A stretch of DNA of 54,812 bases from an uncultured Brevifollis sp. (lineage in GTDB: Bacteria > Verrucomicrobiota > Verrucomicrobiia > Verrucomicrobiales > Verrucomicrobiaceae), in contig CAYMHJ010000003.1 of assembly GCA_964390165.1 (NCBI GenBank), positions 1 to 54,812 of the forward strand, read 5' to 3'. The notes under the pieces are model-generated. The model saw only the letters and a program-made list of their open reading frames with translations, did no database searches and was not told where the DNA came from. The position numbers were made by a program, and so were the translations under genes. Each line of letters starts with the position of its first letter. Positions within the stretch are counted from its first letter, which is position 1. Shown in pieces: positions 9,001 to 15,700 of this stretch.

Positions 9001-9754
9001 TGATCGTGAGGTCGGTGATCCGCTGTATGCCGGTGATGGCGTAGTTCGCGCCGACGTTATTGTTCCAGGAAAGCGTCAGTGCATCGGTGGCAAAGTTGCT
9101 GTGGAATTTGTCCGGTGCGGCCGTGCTGGTGAGGACGTACCAAGCGTAATTTTTGCCGTCCTTGATGTCTGGAATCGTCGCCGTCGCCGAATTCCCCGCC
9201 ACGGTGGCCTGGATGACCTGTGAATACTTCCACGCGCTGTCCGTGTAGCGCACATAGACCTTCTCCTCCGCGCTGGGCGTGCCGTTGAGGTTGATCGTGA
9301 TCAAGCCGGTGTCCACATTCCGCGACACACCCGTGATCGCCACTGGCGCGCTGCTGAGCTCCATCACACTGATGAAGGTGTTCGCGAGGCCAGGGTCTTT
9401 GACGGTGAAAATGTAGCGTTTGCCACTCGTCACGCCGCCGCTGAGCTTTGCCGCCGAATCACCGACAGGCTGGTAATAAAGGATCGCCAGCTCGTTCTTC
9501 GGGAAGATCAGATTGCCGCCATAGTCCTGGGCGAAGTTATTGCCCGTGACCATCTTGAAGTTGTAGTCGCTGTCCGCCGCAGGCGCGGTCCATTCAAAGC
9601 GAAACCACTCCGTGCCGCGATCCGGCCCGGTGAATTTGTAGCTGTTTGTCGTGCCCAGATCCCAGCCCAGGCCGTCGCCGGGAAAATCAACTTCATTGGC
9701 GACCCACGCAGACGCGGAGGTGGCGAAAAGCAAGAAGGCAAACAAGCGGATCAT
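6095..9754 (-). CDS. Secreted multidomain GH13 (alpha-amylase family) enzyme, 1219 aa
   Basis: Signal peptide MIRLFAFLLFATSASA. GH13 regions LWFQPIHP, GSPYATKNFFAVNPYLG, VMLDFVANH, and catalytic triad motifs DALRCD / FMAETLD / ITSHDE, then GLPMTFYGQE. An FN3-like domain and a C-terminal module follow. Confidence 0.9.
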   Translation of the reverse strand: MIRLFAFLLFATSASAWVANEVDFPGDGLGWDLGTTNSYKFTGPDRGTEWFRFEWTAPAADSDYNFKMVTGNNFAQDYGGNLIFPKNELAILYYQPVGDSAAKLSGGVTSGKRYIFTVKDPGLANTFISVMELSSAPVAITGVSRNVDTGLITINLNGTPSAEEKVYVRYTDSAWKYSQVIQATVAGNSATATIPDIKDGKNYAWYVLTSTAAPDKFHSNFATDALTLSWNNNVGANYAITGIQRITDLTINSASGGYKTTKFFIDEISEETHALNVSATFNSGTPPVEVEVVTNLNRRDKADQDNNGDGIADGILPPARDLCGQNDTHYYKAYAMTAAGSTWNASIPVTKTGAYRATVRYRFSPTEPWFYYGDRDHAVVVSPKKTLEMTLYEINPLTIEATAANQGGRSTFVDLLGAADGDSDGYDHVSLDYFNTIQTNCLWFQPIHPTGGLGVEEETPGNPYEPGSPYATKNFFAVNPYLGSANTEGSALSEFQSFVTKADNYSGSVGTINVMLDFVANHTAWDAVYGQGGVDLGFTGASSNTIPANWYSRTGDYGQAATYFTSLSEKDKAVAPDRNDFATKWNDTAELFYGRYSALWRFTSYAAGSEPHKNEDDFMDWNSLSPEVIKLWRYFGHYPIYWLQQTGHSLSNSTTGSTAARLAADNKGIDALRCDFGQGLPNPLWEYLINKTRSVKWNFVFMAETLDGAEPGYRSNRVFDILNESLVFNFTASHVNKEYDIQSALEGRRSNYRTGAILLNITSHDEILPDNDAWLNATRYATLAAVPGLPMTFYGQEQGIQNYNTSPGFWHYDGFETDHELNFGKLIPHFKKWNKAQFWSQPPPNNTGMAQWYGRVNWARLSSPAIKSINQYYLDLKIGGGAPADNIFAIAKYEQANASPAFKDVVLCFANLFEHNAAHLATSSTFDIRGGVGDPLWELLGLQNSAVRQYNLRNLASSNTSADIWGNARTGADIYNNGIFVSLGGGTVNPITNDGELAQFLKIVDVTPPPSSAPNTTYYQIGNQGTFTWTSNAGPHDNIASWKISIGTTSGGNDLANSVTVNGTSHTFTGTLGQTYYATLIAVSAAGVDSTSSTSDTGAPNPNSTTTPVRLLSPGADEDGDGTTNQDEEAAGTNPLDASSQFVIETVERSGRGVVVSFSTVPGRYYHVYSSTDLQSWTLENEVGSKNQLASGASLSFTDLDSNGFRKFYQARVTQMAIP

Positions 9755-12700
9755 GGCATCACTAGGCGCACTTCGACACGGTAGAAGCGGGCGGGTTGGG
9801 TGGTGTTGTCATCAATAATCTGGGTAGTTCCCGTACCGAGAAGGTCGGAGGTCAGCGGTTCCCAGTCAGAGAGATCATCGCTGTAGAACACGCGATACCA
9901 ACGGTCAGGCATGGTGGCGAAACTGACCTGAAATCCCGTGGGCGTTTTGACCGGTGAGGGCAGATAAAGATCATGCACGCCAGGGTTCAATCCCAGAATG
10001 TACTCTTCGAGATTCGTGTAGCGGTCATGGTCAGGATTGCCCGTGTTTCCGTTCACGCCAGTGCCGTCGGTGTTGTCGAGGTTGTTGGCGGCTTCCCAGG
10101 CATCGGGCAGTGCATCGCCGTCGATGCTTTCGCTCAAGGTTGGACCGGTTTCGAAACCGAGGTCGAAGCTGGCGCCGTTCGCCAAAGCAAACTCAACCTG
10201 CTGTGTCTGTGCCTGATTGCGCATGTTCAGCGTGTCGAACTGCGTCACGGGATCATCGTCGATGGCACCAACATTGTAGGTGGTGCCGCTGATGCCTCTT
10301 ACATAGGCGCGCACGACGGCGTCAGGGGCGAAGTTAGTGAGCGAAACGATGTCGCCGATGTTACTGACTGCTCCGAGGTGCGTCTGGCCTTTGACGAGCA
10401 GGTTTTGCAGATGCGGGCTGAGGCCGTGGCGCTGGTAGAGCGTGGTCACACCGCCGGTGAGGGCCACGGAAGCTCGCAAGGCATTTGCACGAGGTGCCAG
10501 CGTGATGGTTTTGGTGATCTTGCCATCGGCACTGGTGAAGATGAAGCCGTTCGTCGTCGCGGCGGCGGTGAAGAGATCGTTATTGTAGCTGATGCTATTC
10601 GTGCCGCCTGCATACCAGTCCTTGAAGCCGCTGGTGCGGTAGCTCCCCACCACGCCGCTGATGACATTCACCGCGCCTTCCTCTTCCGTTTCAAAGCCGG
10701 AGTAGCTGTGCGGATTTCCCACGACTTGCAGTACGCGGCCCGTCGTGAGGTCACGCACGAAGGCGCAGCTCATGCGTCCGCCAATGCGCTCGAACATCGC
10801 GAAGACGCGGTCATTGAAGATCAGATACTCCGCTTCACCATCCAAGTCGGCATCTTCCACATTCGCAGACGAGCTGTTCAACAAAGCTCCTGCAGTCGCC
10901 GCCCATTGCGATACCTTTTGATACACGGCAGCCCAGCGGAACTGGCTCTGCGCGGCCTTGGAGAAGCCCGCGAGGTTGTTATTGCTCGTGTCGGGGTGGA
11001 TGTAGTCGCCTGTGCTGTACTTGCTCAAATCAGCGGTGGGTTGGTCATGGAAGGCGGTGAGCCACATCGCGCCGTGGAAGGCGTTTCGCGTCAACAAGCC
11101 AAGGTTCGGCTCCGCAACGGCCAGCGTGGTGCCAGCGGTCCACGCGCTGTTCACGAGGCCGGAGACGCCGATCTGGCCGAAAGCGCCAGGAAGAGGCACG
11201 CTGGGTCTCACATTGAAAATTTTCGGACTCAGGCCCTCTTCGCGCCCGCTTTGGCCGAAGTACCAGTGGTCGTAGTTTTCCTGTGTGGCGTAGTGGACGA
11301 AGTCCTTGCTCACCAGCGGCAGCGCAGGCGTGCCGCGCTCGACGAAGGGCCATGCCTCAGGCGTGCCATCGCGGTTCGAATCGACCTCACCGGCGGCGAT
11401 GGCCTCGGGTGTGGTGATTTGAATCCACGGGCGGCTGGCCATCCAGGCAAGGTTGATGTCGTAGGCGTCGGCGCTGGCCTTCGAGGTGAAATCACTCCAT
11501 CCGCTGCCGAGGATGACGACCTGGTCCTGAGTGCCGCTGCGGGCTTTGCGGTTCAAAAGCTCGCGCAGGGAGGTGTGCAGGCCGCCGTCGGTGTTCTGGA
11601 AGCGGAACTGCGTGGCCTGGTCGCTGATGGCGAAGGTTTGTACGCCACGGATGCGGTTGAGGCGGTAGCCGTCGTTGCCGAGCGCCGTGGTGCGGCCGAA
11701 CCATTTTTCGATGTGCCGTGTCTGCTCGACGATGGTGAAAGTGTAGCCTGCCGCCTTGAAGTCTTCGTACGTCTGATCCTCGATGGAAAGCTCCGGCGGC
11801 GGCACCACGAGAGGATTCGAGTGATAAATCTCCGCCATCGCGCTGTCGGCATCGGCGAGGTTGGTGACGTTGTAGCTCGTGGGGAAATACGGCAGGATGT
11901 GGCCGCCGTAGGTCGTGCCGGTGAAGCGCACGGTGCCGAGAGCGCCCAGTTGATCGAGCCGCATGTTGAAGGCGGGGCCGTCGAGCCAGGGCTTGTTCAC
12001 GGCGGGATCGACCTTCGCCCACTGGATGGCATGAGCCATCACGGGCGTGATGTTCAACGCCATCGGCACGGTGTAAGCCTGATGCACATCGAGCGGGCGA
12101 TACCAGCCCGCGCCTGTGCCGTTGCTGATCAGCGCGTGGATTTCATTCCCAGCCAACAGCGGGCGGTTTTCCTGAATGAAGCTCGCCACTTTCACGCGCT
12201 TCCACCGGTCATTCGTGCCGCCGGGGCCGAACCACGTCTTCAGCACGCTGCCTGTGCCGCTGAGGGTGCTTTGATCACGCCAGTAATCACTCGCGATCCA
12301 GTCATCGGCGACGCTGTCGCGGATGTCGCTGCGGCCAGCGAGATCGCCTGCGCCGCGCGTGGGTGTGTTTTGCGTGCCGTCCTTGGTGGTGAAGACCTGG
12401 TAGTTCAGCGTGCTGACGTTGCCATTCCATCCGGCGTCGAGCAGCGCCTTGCGGCCGATGCTGAACTCCACGGCATCCATGGCGCTGTTGTACCAGCTCT
12501 TTTTAAAACCGTCCGCCTCATGCTGGCTGCGACGCATGACACCGAAGGGCATGAGGTCCTGATTGATGCTCGTGCTGTTGCTGGCGACGTTCGTATCGAC
12601 ATACACCGCGCCGTTGTCGGTGCTGTAGGCGGCCACGCAGACCTCCCACTTCATATCCGTGCGCGTGTCGATGCTGTCCGGTAGAGCGGATTCACCGACC

Positions 12701-15700
12701 GTCGGCGAGTTGAAATCGATCACGACATACAGATCCATGTTTCCCTCTTCAGCCAGAGCCTTGAGATCCTGGAAGTCGGCGCGGAAGTAAAAGGTGTCAT
12801 CGCCACCGTTCGCCACCGCACCGCCATCGTGCGCATAGAAGGCCACGAGATCGCGGCTGCTGTCAAAGCCGTCACCATTGCGATAAAGGTCGGTGCCTTG
12901 GTTGTTCGTACCGTCGCCGTTATATTCATCGAGCGCGATGAGGTCATCGATCTGCCAGTCGGTGAATTCGCGATTGTTGGTTACCCCGCCGACGATCACC
13001 GGCATCTGCGGGCCGATGACGATCTGTCCGGGCGTTGCGGCAGGAATGGTGTTGTCTTCCACCGGATTCGTGCCGTTCGTCAGCTCCTGCAAATTGGTGA
13101 AGCCATCGCCGTCAGGATCGCCCGCAGGGCCGTTGTCGGCATTCGCGACAAGCCCACGAAGACTCACCGTGCCGCTATCCAGTGGATCGAGGCCGTAGCG
13201 GACCTCCCAGCCATCTGGAAGGCCGTCACCGTCAGTGTCGGCCTTCAACGAATCGGTTTCGGTCCAGATTTCGCCAGCGGCCCAGATTCGGTCTTTGCCA
13301 GTGTCTCCGTCGATGAGGCCGTTGCCGTTTTTGTCCTCGCCGTTGCCGTCCATGAGACCGTCGCCGTCGGTGTCCGGATTGTTCGGGTCGGTTTCGGTCC
13401 AGGTTTCGTCGGGGTCACGCACTTTGTTCGGCCAGTTCCGTACGGTCGTCGGCGCATCGCCGGGAGCGATGCTCGCACCGTCGCCGTCGAGCCAGCCGTT
13501 CTTGTTCGCGTCCTCCACACCATCAAGGATGCCGTCATTGTCGCTGTCAGGATCATCTGGCTTCGTGGTGGAGCCGCGCAGGAGCTTCGAGCGATCTCCC
13601 CCTTCGGCGGCGGTGTTCACTCCGGGCACCTTGTTGAGGTTGTCGAGCGTGTTATAGAAAGGCGGGTCGATGTCTCCACGAAAATTCGTCACGCCATCCC
13701 CATTGGAGTCCCGGCTCAAAAGGGTGCCGAAGTCGAACATGCCATCGGCATCGCCATCGGTGAAGGATTCGCTGTCTTCGCCGACATCATGCTGGCCGTT
13801 GTTGTTCGTGTCGGTCCAGTCGAACACGCCATTGCCAGCTCCGAGAACCGGCGATGTTCCGAATCCCGTGTCTGAAAAGTCTTCGCCGATGATCGTGGCA
13901 TTGCGCCAGCCGACCTCCAGCGCGTCCGGCAGGCCATCGCCATCGGTGTCGGGATTGCGCGGGTCCGTTTTGCCAAAAGCGTGATGAATGTGGACCTCTC
14001 CATTCGTCCACTGCTCCGCATTGGGTTTGTAGCGTGGATCGGTGCTTGGGAAACCGTTTGGCAGCGGCGTGGCGGTGGCTTCATCGCCATCGATCAGACC
14101 GTCGTCATCATCGTCCGGGTCCGCCGCGCTCGCGGGTGCTACCTGACGAAAAAAAACCCGCGTGTTCCTGGTCTCATGGTTCTCGTTGCCATTGTCGAAG
14201 ACGGTCGCGGTGAACTGAAACTCGCCCTGCTGCATGTTTTCCCAGGTGAAATCCCAGTTCTTCGAACTGCCGTCGATGCTCGTCACCGGGCCGTTGATCG
14301 TCATGGGGCCGTTGTTGACGTTCAATACGACCGAATCCGCAGCGACGGAGGTGGTAACGCGGATCGTGAATTTCCGCTGATCGGGCGTGGGCGATGACAC
14401 ATCCGGCAAAACGATCTCATACGGCTTGCTGCTGCTGTCGAACTCCGGCGGCGTGACGATGTTGATGCGCGGAATGATCGACGGCTCAGCCTTCACGAGA
14501 CGTGTGGCGTGCAGATCGGGATTCGGCGAGGGTCGGTCATGCGTGACCTCGACGCGGTGCAGGTAGTCAGGCTGGTCGTTGTAGAGATTCGGCAGCGTGA
14601 AAGCCAGCGCGTGGTACTCGCTCGTTTCGTCGTAATTGATCGTGTAGTCGGTGCGCGGATACGCTGTGGACTGATTCGTCTCGTTGGAGCCGATGCGGAT
14701 CGTAAATCGCTCTCGCAACTGCGTGCCACTGAGGCCATCGGCGAGCGACTTTGTGAAGTACACCTTCATCACGTAGCCCGTGCCGACGAGGTCGCCGTCA
14801 TTCGGCGGCCAGGCCACAAACATGCGGATGTCCGGTCCCGCGCAGTTCACCACGCGCTCCAGCGTGGTGTAGTGCCCGGCGACATCGGCGAGATGGAAAT
14901 CTTTAAACGATGCACTGCTCAGCTCACGCAGCCGCACCTTGATCGTCGCGCTGCCATCGGCGGGGATGTTCGCGTAGTTGAAGCGCCATTCTTTGGTGTA
15001 GGCGATGTTCGTTGGCTCTACGCTCGGCGTGACTTCCGCGGCCTTCACCCAGGCGGTGCCGATGCTGCCATCCCATACGCCGTTTTCATTCAAATCGGTG
15101 TAGGTCTCGCTCACATCGCGGGTTCCATTGCGGTTCGAGTCCGTGAAGGGCTCGAAGCCGCCACCGTTGCCGTTTTGGCCGCGCGTGATGCTGTCGTCAT
15201 TACTGCTGCTGTTGTCATCGATGTGATACCACACCTCCGTCACGCTCGGGTCCGTGCGCACGACTATGCCGTATTCGCTGCCGCCCACGGCATCGCCATT
15301 ATTCTCTGGGAAACACACCTCCCCCGAAGCGCGCTGCGCATCATAATAAAAGGACTGCGTGAAGGTGTTGTAGATGCTCGCCTTGCCAGCGCGATTTAGA
15401 AAGGCGCGCGCACGGATGACATGCATGCCCTCACTGAGTCCAGTCTGTGAAACGCCGTAGTCATTGTGCGGGTGCACAGGCAGTGTTGTCAGGTCCAGCT
15501 CATTCGTTTGGAACTCCGTCAGCATGTGCTGTTTTCTCCGCACAGAGTAATCATTGCCCGGCCACCAGCTCGGAGCCGCCTCCTTGTGCGCGCCGATCTT
15601 GTAGCGCGAATTGGAGTCGAAGTCCGAAGGCAGCGCGCACTTCCACCAGTCTGTGGCGACGGTCTGCGTGGGGCTGGTGAAATTGAGCGTCTCGTTGTGA

